In this document: positions 21,812 through 35,150 of the stretch, in pieces
How the letters are laid out: each line of letters starts with the position of its first letter
Position numbering within the stretch: the first letter of the stretch is position 1
Assembly (NCBI RefSeq): GCF_964194155.1
Contig: NC_135901.1
Coordinates: 19,282,001-19,346,000, forward strand
DNA: 64,000 nt
From: Cetorhinus maximus
Lineage: Eukaryota
Direction of reading: 5' to 3'
Notes under the pieces: generated by a model
Told to the model about the DNA's origin: nothing
Seen by the model: only the letters and a program-made list of their open reading frames with translations
Databases searched by the model: none
Made by a program: the position numbers and the translations under genes

Positions 21812-24336
21812 CTGCAGGGGTTGGATTCTGCTGTTTCTGCTGCTGTTAATCACATCCGGGGCTGAACATGTGGGTTAATCCTGAGGTGTGTGAGAAATGT
21901 GTCCCAGCTGCTCTCTTCCATGGTTCAGAGCTCCTGTACACGGAACAGAAGGTTCCTTTACAACTGTATTTAGAATCAGGAAGAACAACGGTGAATGTTG
22001 GAAACGTGCTGTTAAACCAGAGATTGGTGTAAAACTGTGATCTGTTCCTGAGTGAAAGTGAAACAGCAGGTTTGAGTCCAGTGAGTATGGTCCGAGGATT
22101 GAAAATGTTTGTGTGACATTCCTGAGTCTACCAATGCAATGCAATAACAACAATAAGTTGCATTTATATAGAACCTATAACATAATAAAACATGTCAAGG
22201 TACTTCACAGATGATCAAAAACTTGGTCAAAGAGATAGATTCTAAGAAGTATTTTAAAGAAGGAGAGAGAGTGAGTTTTAGGGAGGGAATTCCAGAGCTT
22301 GGGACCTCGGGAGCTGAAAACACGGCCCCCAGTGGTGGAGTGATGCAGGTGGGGAAGTGAGACAGGGTCACGATTGGAGGAGCATAAGGTGCTCAGAGGG
22401 TCGTTGGGCAGGAGGAGGTTCCAGAGACTGTCTGTCATGGAGAGAGTGTCTGCCTCCATGGAGATTCAAGCATGACTCTGAAATGGGTCCATGCAGGTTC
22501 TGACCACGGCCGTGCAGGAGATGTCAGCTGCCTTAAACAGGATGACAGACACTGTATCTGTGACGTTACAACACGTCACTGATCTCCACCAAGCTGGTCT
22601 GCAGCAGAGTGGGAGGAATGATGTGCTGCTGGTTCAGGAGAGGGACGATGGAGAAAGGAGACCTGGAACTGGGAACTCCGATCAAAAGCGTTCTCAATCC
22701 TCATGCACTACCCCACCCACCCCCAGGCAGTAGCCTACACACTGCCCTCTCTCCCACCAGCTGAATCTGCCCCTGCACAGATACAGGTGGATCAGTCTTT
22801 GCCGGGACCCTGAGGGGCTCTGAAATCCAGAGGGTGGAGACCACAAGCCTCTCGGCATTGAGAGCAGGGATGTGAGCAGCCTATCTCTCCCTCTGCTGAA
22901 ACCACACAGGATGTACCATGTAGAAGCAATAGGAAGGGTCTGGGCCAGAAATTTTAATTTGCCAAGGGTGTGCACAGGGGTGTTTTACAAAATATTAAGT
23001 TTCCTTTTTAAATAATGACACAGAAAATGTATTGATTGGAATCATTTCCTGCTCCTGTCCATTCTGACATCGCAAGGGCCAGCTCACCCTCTCACTGGGT
23101 TCATGCTGAATGTCAATCTGGGCTGGGAGCCATTGGGTGGATGTGCAATGGGTGGATGAGTGGGTGAAGGAATGTTCAGTGAACAGGGAGTGGGAGGGGG
23201 GGTTGGTGTTGCTGGTGGGAAGTGTTCATCCTGAAACAGTGACCATTCATTGATCACTTTGAAATGATTGACCTGCTGTGTATTTCCCCATTTTTGTTCT
23301 TTTAGTTTTCCAGGATTTATATATTTGTTTTCTTTTTATGAAAACATTCTTGTTGTAACACTGAAATCCAGAGGATTTTAAATCTGTTAAAGTCAATCCC
23401 CATCGAGTACACAGGAGGACTCAATTGATCTTAATAATTTCTGTTATCAATAAACAAAAAGATCTTACAAGACGTCCATATGGGAAATTGTTTTTCTCTG
23501 AGACCAGGGATGGCCAAACTATGTCCCAAAGTTCAGATCTGCGCTTTGAGCCTGGTCTATCGGGCCCACATACATGGAGCGCCATGTCCTTCATCCCCGA
23601 TTTTAATCACTGCACCATTGGTGGCTGTGTCTTCAGCTGCCTGAACCCTAAGCTCTGGAATTTCCTCCCTAAACCTCTCCACCTTTCTACTTCACTTTCC
23701 TCCTTTAAGACAGTCCTTATAACCGACCTCTTTGGCCAAGCTTTTGGTCATCTGGCCTAATATGTCCTTATGCTCATGTGAAACCCCTTGGGATATTTTA
23801 TCATGTTAAAAGCTCAATATAAATATAAGATGATGTTGTTGTAGCTCAGTCAGACCAAATCACTTGCTGAGTGAGTGAGGCTATATAAATGTAACTCAGA
23901 CAGACACAGCTTGTTAGAACAGACCTGGGGAGAAGGAAGCTCTGAACTAATCACTGGACTCCTTGATCTCCACAAATGGGAAAAGGTGATTCTTTCCAAA
24001 CATTCGAAAATACATTCATCAAAGATGGTTTGTTGTTGTGAGCTGCATTATTTGGTAGAATTAGAGTGAAGGAGTGGGATTGATCCACGGCCTGAGTCAC
24101 CAGTTTAAGGACAGGAGGAGTAAGAATCTGGAGAGGAGAAAAGAATAAGTAGGAGACTGGACACTGAATCTGGAACAACGAGCGGAGAGGGAGAGGAGTG
24201 TGTGGGACAGAGATTTATAGATTTAGTGGAATGAGAGGGAAAATGTTCCATCGATACTAAAATTGTCTATTCTGAATTTCTATCTGAATTTCTATCCTGG
24301 ACTGACAGTGATGATTTTTGTAAACTCTGTTTACAG

Positions 24337-24530
24337 GATATTAGAAGGGGAGGATTTGCAGATGAGAAACTCGAACCAAATATCTCAACAAGATCTTATG
24401 GAATCACTGAATTCATGTAAGATCAGCCTCTGATTATTGCAGGAGAAATGTTTGTTCTGTCTGTGGGAAAAGATTTAAATCATCAACGTAACTGGAAAAT
24501 CATCAGGATACACACACCCGACTCAGACGC
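24337..24530 (+). pseudogene. Truncated B-type ZNF leader exon, cut off by an L2 fragment
   Basis: TTTACAG|GATATTAGAAGGGGAGGATTTGCAG..., includes the first vestigial finger, no ZF array follows. Confidence 0.7.
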
Positions 24531-26231
24531 TCATCTCGAGGTCAAATATGACATCAAATGTCCAAAAAGTCCAGTTTAGTCTCAGACAGTTAGCAGGGAG
24601 AGGAATGGAGTTAGTAGCTAGGGAATGAAAACAATGACTTCGGTCTTCCCAATGTTTAATTGGAGGAAAATTCTGCACATCCACCACTGGATATCAGACA
24701 AACAGTCTGATAATGTAACAAAAGTGGAGAGCTTGAGAGAGGTGGTGGTGAGGTAGAGCTGGGAGCTGGCAGTGTACATGTGAAAACTGATGTCATTATG
24801 TGGAGCAGGTTGATGAGTCTCAGTTCATCTGCTGCTGAAACCCTCAACCATTGCTTTGTTTTCTCTAGACTTAACTCTCCCTAACGCATTCCTGGCCAGC
24901 CTCACACAGTCAACCTCCCTGTGATCTTGAGATCATCCAAAACTCTGCTGTCCATGTACTTACTACTCCAAGTCTTGTTCACCCATCACCCCTGTGCTCA
25001 GTGAACTACAAAAGCTCCTGGTTTATAACACACCTGTGAAACACCTTGAAAAGGTCAAATACATGAAAACCATTTTACAAATCCAAACTGCTGTTGTTGA
25101 TTTGGACATTTATCACTGTTCCTCAATCATCACTGAGTGAATAACCTGTAACTCCTTATCTACCATCATTGTGGGAGCACCTTCACCACATGGACTGCAG
25201 CAGTTCAAGAAGGTCAAACATCATCTTCTCCACAGATAACTGGGGATGGGTAATATCTGCTGCTGGTCTTGTTAGTTAAGGGCAGGGGAGTGGGTTCGAT
25301 GATTTGATGAAAAGGGACCTACTTGAGGCCAGGAACTAACTTCTACAACCAATGCCTACCCTGAAACAAACTGGCTCTTAACTGGTCCAACTGTGTTTCT
25401 AGACTCACTTCTCTGAACGACGCTTGCAATAAAATAATAGCAAAATACTGCAGGTGCTGGAAATCCGAAATAAAAAGAGGGAATGCTGGAAATAGCAGGT
25501 CAGGTAGTATCTGCGGGGAGAGAAAGAGAGTTAACATTTAAGGGTGTGCAGGATGAATTATGGGGAATAAAAATGGTGTAGAATTTGATGGTCAATATAA
25601 GCACAGAAGTGGAAGAGAAATGAGCGATAGTGCAGGAAAAACATTTCCTGACTATTAAAGATAACTGTGGGAAGATAAAGCTGGAAAGCCAGCAGTACCT
25701 GGTCGGGGTTTGGGCAGCGGTGGAAACCTCATTTAGACACAGTCTGCAGAAGTAACAGAAAAATACTAAACATAGTTCAAATGCATCCATTATTAAAGAC
25801 AGAGGAACTTAAACAATAGGAGAGAGGTGATCAGGGATGGCAGAGCAATGGATTTAGATCCACAGTAAAGTTGCTGAACAGCCTCAGAGCCATGGAACCT
25901 CTCACAGCATACAACTTAAGCCCAAATATGTAGACAACTGGTTAAAAATACTCATCTCTGAAACAATTTCACTGTTTTCAATTTTAAAATCTCCTTCTGG
26001 AGCCTGCAACTGGAAAGATATCAGAAGTACTGGAGTCAGAGAAAAATCTCCCAGTTGAGGAAATACCCGGGGAGCGGGGGTGATGTCACCGAGCAATTGT
26101 CGATGCGTGATGACATCACAGACACGAACACAGAACATCTGGGTCTGTGCAAACCAGTGATCACCACACATTATGAAGGATGTGAGGGTCCTTGAGAGGG
26201 TGCAGGGATGAGGGATTATAGTTGCAATGTT

Positions 26232-28450
26232 GTATTTTAGTTCCAATCAGCAGCAACAGAATTGTACTCGAACACAATCTGTAACCTCGTGCCCCGGGAT
26301 ATCCCCCACTCTACCATTACCAACAAGCCAGGGGATCAACCCTGGTTCAATGAAGAGTGCAGGAGGGCATGCCAGGAGCAGCACCAGGTATACCTTAAAA
26401 TGATGTGTCAGCCTGGTGAAGCTATAGCACAGGACTGCTTGCGTGCCAAACAGCATACGCAGCAAGTAATAGACAGGGCTAAACGATCCCACAACCAATG
26501 GATCAGATCTAAGCTCTGCAGTCCTGCCACATCCAATCATGAATGGTGGTGGACAATTAAACAACTCACTGGAGAAGGCTCCACAAACATCCCCATTCTC
26601 AATGATGGAGGAGCCCAGCACATCAGTGCAAAACATAAAGGCTGAAGCATTTGCTACAATCTTCAGCCAGAAGTGCAGAGTGGACAATCCATCTCAGCCT
26701 CCTCCGGAGGTCCCCAGCATCACAGATACCAGTCTTCAGCCAATTCGATTTACTCCACGTGATATCAATAAATGGCTGAAAGCACTGGATACTGCAAAGG
26801 CTATGGGCCCTGACAATATTCCGGCAATAGTCCTGAAGACTTGTGCTCCAGAACTTGCCGCGCCCCTAGCCAAGCTGTTCCAGTACAACTACAACACTGG
26901 CATCTACCCGGCTATGTGGAAAATAGCCCAGGTATGTCCTGTACACAAAAAGCAGGACAAATCCAACCCAGCCAATTACTGCCCCATAAGCCTACTCTCG
27001 ATCATCAGTAAAGTAATGGAAGGGGTCATCAACAGTACAGTCAAGTGGCAGTTGCTTAGCAATAAATAACCTGCTCACTGATGCCCAGTTTGGGTTCCGC
27101 CAGGGGCACTTAGTTCCTGACCTCATTACAGTCTTGGTTCAAACATGGACAAAAGAGCTGAACACCTGGGGTGAAGTGAGAGTGACTGCCCTTGACATCA
27201 AGGCAGCATTTGACAGAGTGTGGCATCAAGGAGGCCGTGCAAAACTGGAGTCAATGGGAATCGGGGGGGAAAACTCTCCACTGGTTGGAGTCATACCTAG
27301 CACAAAGGAAGATGGTAATGGTTCTCTGCCAATGCTGCCAGACCTGAGTTTTTCCAGGTATTTCTGTTTTTGTTTTGGATTTCCAGCATCCGCAGTTTTT
27401 TGTTTTTATCTCTATTATTATTAAGATGGTAATGGTTGTTGGAGGTCAGTCATCTCAGCTCCAGGACATCACTGCAGGAGTTCCTCAGGGTAGTGTCCTC
27501 GGCTCAATCATCTTCAGCTGCTTCACCTTCCTTCCAGCATAAGGTCAGAAGTGGTGATGTTCACTGATGATTACACGATGTTCAGCACCATTTGTGACTC
27601 CTCAGATACTGAAGCACTCCATGTCCAAAGTGCATCAAGACCTGGATAATATCCAGGCTTGGGTTGGCAAGTGGCAAGTAATGTTCGCACCACACAAGTG
27701 TCAGGCAATGACAATCTCCAACAAGAGAGAATCCAACCATTGCCCCTTGATGTTCAATTGCATTACCATCACTGAATCCCCCACTATCAACATCTTGGGG
27801 GTTACCATTGACCAGAAACTGAACTGGACCAGCCATATAAATACTGTGGCTACAAGAGCAGGTCAGAGGCTAGGAATAGTGTGACGGGTAACCCACCTTC
27901 AGACTCCCCAAAGCCTGTCCACCATCTACAAGGCACAAGTCAGGAGTGTGATGGAATACTTCCCACTTGCCTGGATGAGTGCAGCTCCTACAACACTCAA
28001 GAAACTTGATACCATCCAGGACAAAGCAGTCCGCTTGATTGGCACTACATCTACAAACATTCACTCCCTCCACCACCGACGCACTGTAGCAGCAGTGTGT
28101 ACCATCTACAAGATGCACTGCAGGAATTGACCACGGCTCCTTCAACAGCACCTTCCAAACCCATGACCACTATCATCTAGAAGGACAAAGGCAGCAGATA
28201 GATGGGAACACCACCAAGAAGTTCCGCTCCAAGGCACTCATCATCCTGACCTGGAAATATATCGCCATTCCTTCACTGTCGCTGGGTCAAAATCCTGGAA
28301 CCTCCCTCCAACCACCACTGTGGGTGTACCTACACCACATGGACTGCAGCAGTTCAAGAAGGCAGCTCACCACCACCTTCTCAAGGGCAGCTAGGGATGA
28401 GCAATAAATGCTGGCCCAGCCAGCGAAGCCCACATCCCATGAATGAATAA
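26232..28450 (+). mobile_element. CR1-group LINE, 5'-truncated, about 2.2 kb, nested in an older CR1 fragment
   Basis: KAMGPDNIP, ALDIKAAFDRVWH and GVPQGSVLG; 3' end CCCATGAATGAATAA; the empty site is visible in the paralog at about 49110-49150. Confidence 0.92.
27324..27422 (+). mobile_element. 99-bp PLE 3'-tail insertion with 15-bp TSD
   Basis: AAGATGGTAATGGTT at 27309-27323 and 27423-27437. Confidence 0.85.
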
Positions 28451-28689
28451 TATGTTAGGTTGGAGAAACTGGGGTTCTCCTTGGAACAAAGGAGATTAAG
28501 GGGAGAATTGACAGAGGTGTGCAAGCTCATGGTAGGTTTAATAAGGTAAATAAAGAAAAGCTGTCCCCATTGGGTGATCGTAAAAGGATTATGGGACACA
28601 GATTTAAGATTTTGGGCAAGATCTACAGGGAGGATGTGAGAAAGAAATTTTCCACAGTAAGTGGTAATGACCTGGAATTCAATTCTTAC

Positions 28690-28800
28690 ACTCAGAGGTC
28701 GATAAAATCCAGGTCCTTATGAACTGAATGATGCTGTCAGGTGTTGCTGTGATGTTTGGTTTGAGTGCCTTGTCTGCAAACCCTCTTCTAACCCCCTGTA
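28690..28800 (-). pseudogene. Truncated B-type ZNF leader exon
   Basis: TTTTACAG|GGGGTTAGAAGAGGG...CTCAAACCAAACATCAC on the minus strand; paralog of 49350-49462. Confidence 0.65.
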
Positions 28801-29218
28801 AAATGAGCTTCCAAAATCCATCCCTGTCAGTCCAGGATAGAAATTCACAACACTCTCACCTCTTCCTGACAGGGATGACCACGCATGCGCTCTGCTGCCC
28901 ATTAACCCTTGTTGTCGTTGGCAGTCCCTCGATTCGAGGATGACGGCTACTCAGAGTAATGAGTTTCTGTGGTAGGGGGTCTTCATCTGACTGAACATAC
29001 CTACAGATCATTGAATACATGGGGCAGAATGTGCCATGAGGTAGTTGAATCAGGAAAGCAGGATTTGCTTCCTTTACTTTCCTTCTCTGACCTTTCTCTG
29101 TCTCATCAATAATACAATTAAGACTCAAAGGTTAATGCAACTTGATGGACAAGTTGTCACCATTCTGAACAATGGGTAACAAGCTCCTGTCATTACAAAC
29201 ATCGCCCCCTATAAAGAT

Positions 29219-30845
29219 CTTCCTTCCACAGTTTCCAACCTGATAGTCACCCAACCTCGGACGGCCCACTTCTACCTCCTACCCAAAATCCACAAACAGG
29301 ACTGTCCCGGCAGACCGATCGTGTCAGCCTGTTCCTGCCCCATGGAACTCATTTCTCGCTATCTTAACGCCCTTCTCTCTCCCCTTGTCCAGATCCTTCC
29401 CACCTACATCCGTGATTCCTCTGACACCTTACGTCACATCAACAATTTCCAGTTCCCTGGCCCCAACCGCCTCCTCTTCACCATGGACATCCAATCCCTC
29501 TACACCTCCATCCCCCACCGGGATGATCTGAGGGCTCTCAGTTTCTTCCTCGAACAGAGGCCCGAACAATCCCCATCCACCACTACTCTCCTCCGTCTGG
29601 CTGAACTTGTTCTCACACTGAATAATTTCTCCTTTAACTCCTCTCACTTACTCCAAATAAAAAGTGTGACTATGGGTACCCACATGGGCCCCAGCTATGC
29701 CTGTCTCTTTATGGGGTATGTGGAACATTCCTTGTTCCAGTCCTACTCTGGCCCCCTCCCACAACTCTTTCTCTGGTACATCGATGATTACTTCGGTGCT
29801 GCTTTATGCTCTCGTCGGGACCTGGAAAAATTTATTAATTTTGCTTCCAATTTCCACCCCTCCATCATTTTCACATGGTCCATCTCTGACACTTCCCTTC
29901 CTTTTCTTGACCTCTCTGTCTCAATTTCTGGTGATAGACTGTCCACCAATATCCATTACAAACCTACCGACTCCCACAGCTACCTCGACTACAGCTCCTC
30001 ACACCCCGCTTCCTGTAAGGACTCCATCCCATTCTCTCAGTTCCTTCGCCTCCGTCGCATCTGTTCTGATGATGATACCTTCAAAAACAGTTCCTCTGAC
30101 ATGTCCTCCTTCTTCCTTAACCGAGGTTTTCCACCCACGGTAGTTGGCAGGGCCCTCAACCGTGTTCGGCGCATCTCCCGCGCATCCGCCCTCACGCCTT
30201 CTCCTCCCTCCCAGAAACATGATAGGGTCTCCCTTGTCCTCACTTATCACCCCACCAGTCTCTGCATTCAAAGGATCATCCTCCGCCATTTCCGCCAACT
30301 CCAGCATGATGCCACCACCAAACACATCTTCCCTTCACCTCCCCTGGCGGCATTCCGTAGGGATCGTTCCCTCCGTGACATCCTGGTCCACTCCTCCATC
30401 ACCCCCTACTCCTCAACCCCCACCTACGGCACCTCCCCATGCAAACGCAAAATATGCAACACCTGCCCCTTCACTTCCTCTCTCCTCACCGTCCAAGGGC
30501 CCAAACACTCCTTTCAAGTGAAGCAGCATTTCACTTGCATTTCCCCCAACTTCGTCTACTGCATTTGTTGCTCCCAATGCGGTTTCCTCTACATTGGAGA
30601 GACCAAACGCAGACTGGGTGACCGCTTTGCAGAACACTTTTGGTCTGTCCGCAAGCATTACCCAGACCTCCCTGTCGCTTGCCTTTTTAACACTCCACCC
30701 TGCTCTCTTGCCCACATGTCTGTCCTTGGCTTGCTGCGTTGTTCAGTGAAGCTCAACGCAAACTGAAGGAACAGCACCTCATCTTCCGACTAGGCACTTT
30801 ACAGCCTTCCGGACTGAATATTGAGTTCAACAACTTTAGATCTTA
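29219..30845 (+). pseudogene. PLE RT + GIY-YIG endonuclease ORF with a 1-bp frameshift near the C-terminus
   Basis: LPKIHK..GRPIVS, MDIQSLYT, MGTHMGPSYA, YIDD, C-x4-C-x2-C linker and VYCI...YIGET. Confidence 0.9.
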
Positions 30846-31190
30846 AACTCCATCCCCACCCCCTTTCCGTTTCTTCCCCCTCCCTTTTGTTTTGTACAAC
30901 AATTTATATAGATTTTTCTTTTCCCACCTATTTCCATTATTTTTAAATGTATTCTGCCCATCGGTTATTTCACCCCACCCCCACTTGAGCTACCTTGCTT
31001 GTCCTGCTCTCCACTCTTAATTAGCACATTCTTTTAGATAATATCACCACCTTCAACACCTCTTTGTTCTTTTGTCTGTGACATCTTTTGGTTATCTCCT
31101 CCTATCACTGCTTGCTTGTCCCAACAACACCTCCCCCCCCCCCCCCCCCCCGCAAAACCAGCTTATATTTCACTCCTTTCCCATTTGTAC

Positions 31191-31232
31191 TTGGTTCTGT
31201 TGAAGGGTCATGAGGACTCGAAACGTCAACTG
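31191..31232 (+). ncRNA. Minimal type I hammerhead-like motif of the PLE
   Basis: TGGTT-CTGTTGA-A-GGGTC/GACTC-GAAA-CGTC-AACTG. Stem III is the loopless palindrome ACGT. Core A6 is non-canonical. Confidence 0.55.
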
Positions 31233-31290
31233 TGCTCTCCTCCGCCGATGCTGCCAGACCTGCTGAGTTTTTCCAGGTATTTCTATTTTT

Positions 31291-31700
31291 GCCCCCTATA
31301 AAGATAGCGGCCATTAATTGGCGCCGATATCTAAGAGCTGTGGTCCCACTCGGCGCAAACGGGGGAACGGTCACGTCTTTTTCGGGTTTGTAACTTCCAT
31401 AACATGTTTACGAAGCTTCCCCGCCCGATCCATTACTCCCTCCCCTCGCTATCTCACCTTTACCTGTTGTGGAGCCAACAAGAAACTTCACCCAATCGTC
31501 ATTATCAGCATTGCGCATGCTTCAGTCACAGCCCTGCCCCGTCATTCATTCACCCCGATTACTTGGATAACCAGCAGCGCACGCTCGGTCTTCCAGTCCC
31601 GCCCCCTCTTCCTATTGGTCTTGAGCTGCGTCAATCACCCGGGCATTGTGACGGTTTCAAACGCTGAGAGCGGCCACAGACTCAGCCTGACTTGCTGATT
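31291..31700. promoter_or_regulatory. CpG-island promoter with an inverted copy of the CCAAT/GC module
   Basis: TGCGCATGC, CCCGCCCCC, ATTGG; AAGATAGCGGCC (YY1-like) at the PLE junction. Confidence 0.7.
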
Positions 31701-33369
31701 CTTGGCAGCATTTTCTGTTTGGGAATTAGAGCTAGAGATGGATGGTCAGTTCCCCTCTGTCCCCGGGAGGATTCACACTCATTTCCCCAGTGCAGTGAGT
31801 TTAGTTTCATGTCGAACAGGGAGACAGATGCTGTTGTATCATTCTTTAAAAGCTCCTTCTTCAACGATAAGTGAGGGAAAACTGAGCCACCCTGACCCAA
31901 AAACAAGATACTGTAGATGGTGGAAATCCGACCTCAAAACAGAAAATGTTGGAAACACTCAGCAAATCAAACAGCATCGATGCAGGGATAAAAATAACTT
32001 AAATTTCTTATTGACACTGTTCTATCCACATCAATGCGGTTGACTTTTCACTATCCTCTGACGTTGCCTCGTAAGCCACTCAGTTGTATTCAGCCACGTT
32101 TAGTGGTTCGAAAAGGTCCATTCCCACCTTCTCAGGACTGCTAGAGATGCATGCCCATATTCTGAGAGCAGATTTAAAATTTTATTTTCCATGCTGACTA
32201 ACAGATCTCCCATAGCATTGCTCATGGAAAGTCTGTTTTATAATGCAGAAACAATAAACCATATTACACCAAATATCCTGCTACTGATGGGAACTGTGAG
32301 CAAGCTGGCTGAGTTCATGAAGGATGGAGCTTCTTCTTGTAAATAAGAACGTTAGGAGGTTAAATGCCATTTGGCAATTAATGCCAATTTAGAGGTACAG
32401 CTGAGTAAATTTCTCAGAAATCAGTAGGAAATATAGCTAGCTTCTTTTTCTTGTTTGTTTGTGACCCAGATTTGCACATGCGACACCTGAAGTGACACCT
32501 GAAGTGTGCCGTATATATCACAAACCGTTATATGCACCGTAGAGCTCCTGTTGTGTTGGGAGAAGAAATTGTGTAGTAGGCAACATGGAACTCAGTCAAG
32601 AATTTGTTTTTGTGTTTTGTTGAGAAGGGAATTATGTTTGGAGAGGCACAGGATTGTAAGGATGGGGGTTATTATAATAGATCAGGAAGCACCTTTTTGC
32701 CAAGTGAGATGGACTTAAGAGTTTTGCTGCAATGCATTTTATGTTCTCGAGGAGTAGTTTGGCATCGAATCTTAACTGATTTGGGGGCATTCATACAGTC
32801 TATGATGCACAGACTGTAAAACCATATTGTCTTCCTTCTCCTTAGACTTGCATACAATCTCTGTATTTCATTCATATTAAACCACGAATCCATCGACAAA
32901 CTACTTCCACATTCCACGTCAATTTCTCCTTTGCTTTCCCTATTCTGAAAATAAATAATTCCTCTCCATCCATCACTATAAGCCAGCATTAGTTGTGGCA
33001 ATTATCTTCGGTTTTATCATTAATTAACTTTTTTTATTGTGTAATTGCCATACATAGTTGGTCTGTGATCAAACTACTTGGGTGGAAGCTTCCTGAGACT
33101 GCAGTGAGTAACTCAGCCACACGTTACAACTAGGTCTCAAGTTCGATGCCCAACTGACTCTGCGTTGGACCACTCACTACCTTTGCTGTTGTCAGCCTTG
33201 GACTAATGAAGTGACATTCAGCCAGTATTACCGTTTATCATTGCTATCCAATGACCCTTGCTGGAAGGAGGACAGAATCAGGATTAACTGTGATATGCTG
33301 AATGCTTCAGTCACTTTCTTACTGGTATGCCGTACCGGACCCTATGGCTTACTTTCACCTCTGATCTAT

Positions 33370-34110
33370 GGGGAAGGAAACGGAGTGAACATTTCATTTT
33401 GGCGACCCTTTATCCAAACTAGAAAAAATTAGTGATTTAATAGTTCACCAGCAAGTACAGAGTTGGAGAAAAGAGAGGCGGAGAGGAGAAAAGATCTAAC
33501 AGTGTTGTGATAGGATGGAAGACTGGAGTGATTAAATGACAAAGGGGATGATGGTGAAAGACAAAATTGGCTGAAAATGAGACAAGTAAAGAAACTAATG
33601 GGACAAGTGAAGAACCAAAGAACAGCCCCCCAGAGGAGGGATAAATGGTAACAGCAGAACCATTACCAGCACTTACTGTCTGAAAAAATGGGAGCAGTGG
33701 TTATGATCTGAAATTGTTGAAATGAATGTTGAGTCTGGAAGGCTGTAAAGTGCCTAATCAAAGTTGAAGTGTTGTTCCCTGGGTTTCCTTTGAGGTTCAT
33801 TGGAACAGTGCAGGAGGCCAAAAACAGAGGTCAGACTGGGAGTGGGATGGAGAATTAAAATAGTAAATGACTGGAACTCAAGATCACATTCATACTGAGT
33901 GGTGATGTTCCACAAATAAGTCACCCAATCTGGATTTAGTCGTCTCGGTGTAGAGGAGATCACATCGTGAGCAGTGAAAATGTGATAATAAATAGCAAGA
34001 AGTACAAATAAATCCCTGTGTCACCTGGAGAATGTGTTGAGGCCCTGGAATCTAGGAAGGGAGGAAGTGAAAGTGCGGGCGATGCACCTGCTGTGTTTGT
34101 ATGGAAATGA
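33370..34110 (-). mobile_element. Old, degraded PLE 3' fragment
   Basis: GAAGGCTGTAAAGTGCCTA matches the end of the GIY-YIG ORF (compare 61106). A second small relic lies at about 37390-37550. Confidence 0.7.
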
Positions 34111-34924
34111 TTCACAGTGATGTTCATAAGCACACAAGAAATAGTACAGGGGTAGACCATACAGCTCTTTGAGTCTGCTCCACTATTAAATGATTTTCCA
34201 TCTCAACTCCACTTTCCCGTCCTATTCCCAAATCCATTGATTCCTCGAGCATCCAAATCTTCATGGATTTGCATCTTGAATACAGTCAAGACAGAGAGTC
34301 ATAGATTCAATTCATTTTAATCTGGAAAATGCACAGTGAAGGCCCACATTAATTGAAAGTTGCCCCTATCCCTGCTCAGCAATCATATGAATTGAACTGG
34401 ATCTGACCTAGTGTCACCGCGCTGAAATCCTGTATTTCTCTGACACGTTATTCTTAATGTCATAATTGATGGATTATATGTGAAACAGCCCACTGTTTCA
34501 CTGTAAAGGGAAGAGACAACTTTGTAGATGCTCCATATGTTGCAGACTGGCTCGCTAGATCTGCTCATCCATCTCATCTGATATTCAGCTGATGGAAAAT
34601 GCCTGAAATACTGCAACATACAGACATTTGGGGACAATGATGAGTTTGTAGCTCAGATTAGCTTAGGACACCATATTATAAGATGGTATTTGGAATTCTC
34701 TAACTGACAGGTTATACTCATCAAGAAAGGGTGAACAGACTGGATACGTTTTCTTTGGAAAAGGGAATGAGGAGTGGCTTGATCAAGGAATTTAAGATTT
34801 CAAAAGTGTTTTTTACAGGGAAGACAACTGGAAGATTTTCCGCTTGTGCAAGTATGAAAATAATTATAACTTACTTAGTAATAAATCTAATGTGCAGTTC
34901 AGGAGAAACCTCCTTAACCAGAGA

Positions 34925-35150
34925 TAAAAACATAAAATGCTTGAAATATCTGGCAGCATCTCGGGATTGAGAAACAGAGTTAATGTTTCAGGTCTGTGCA
35001 ATGATGTAGTGCAGTTCTGATAAAAGGTCCTAGACGTGAAATATAAACTAAGTCTCCCTCTTCATGGACACTACCAGATCTCCTGACTATTTTCAGCTAT
35101 TTTGTTGTTAATTCAGATTTCCAGAATGTGCAGTATTTTCCTTTTCATTA
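34925..35150. mobile_element. Degraded inverted pair of PLE tails
   Basis: Minus tail (TGGCAGCATC...AACAGAGTTAATGTTTCAGG) joined to a plus tail (CAGTTCTGATAAAAGGTC...CAGATTTCCAG). Confidence 0.55.

Larger units (their letters stand above)
29219..31290 (+). mobile_element. Penelope-like retroelement (Neptune-type), 5'-truncated, 15-bp TSD
   Basis: TSD GCCCCCTATAAAGAT at 29204-29218 and 31291-31305; RT and GIY-YIG ORF; hammerhead-like motif in the 3' region. Confidence 0.95.

Noticed and set aside
22420-23260. Possible Harbinger/Myb-SANT coding remnant (helical ORF 22491..22733)
   Set aside because: No diagnostic motif or terminal inverted repeat could be verified by eye.
33060-33320. Possible old tRNA-derived SINE or tRNA gene
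   Set aside because: Only a weak B-box-like GTTCGATGCC; no cloverleaf and boundaries are unclear.
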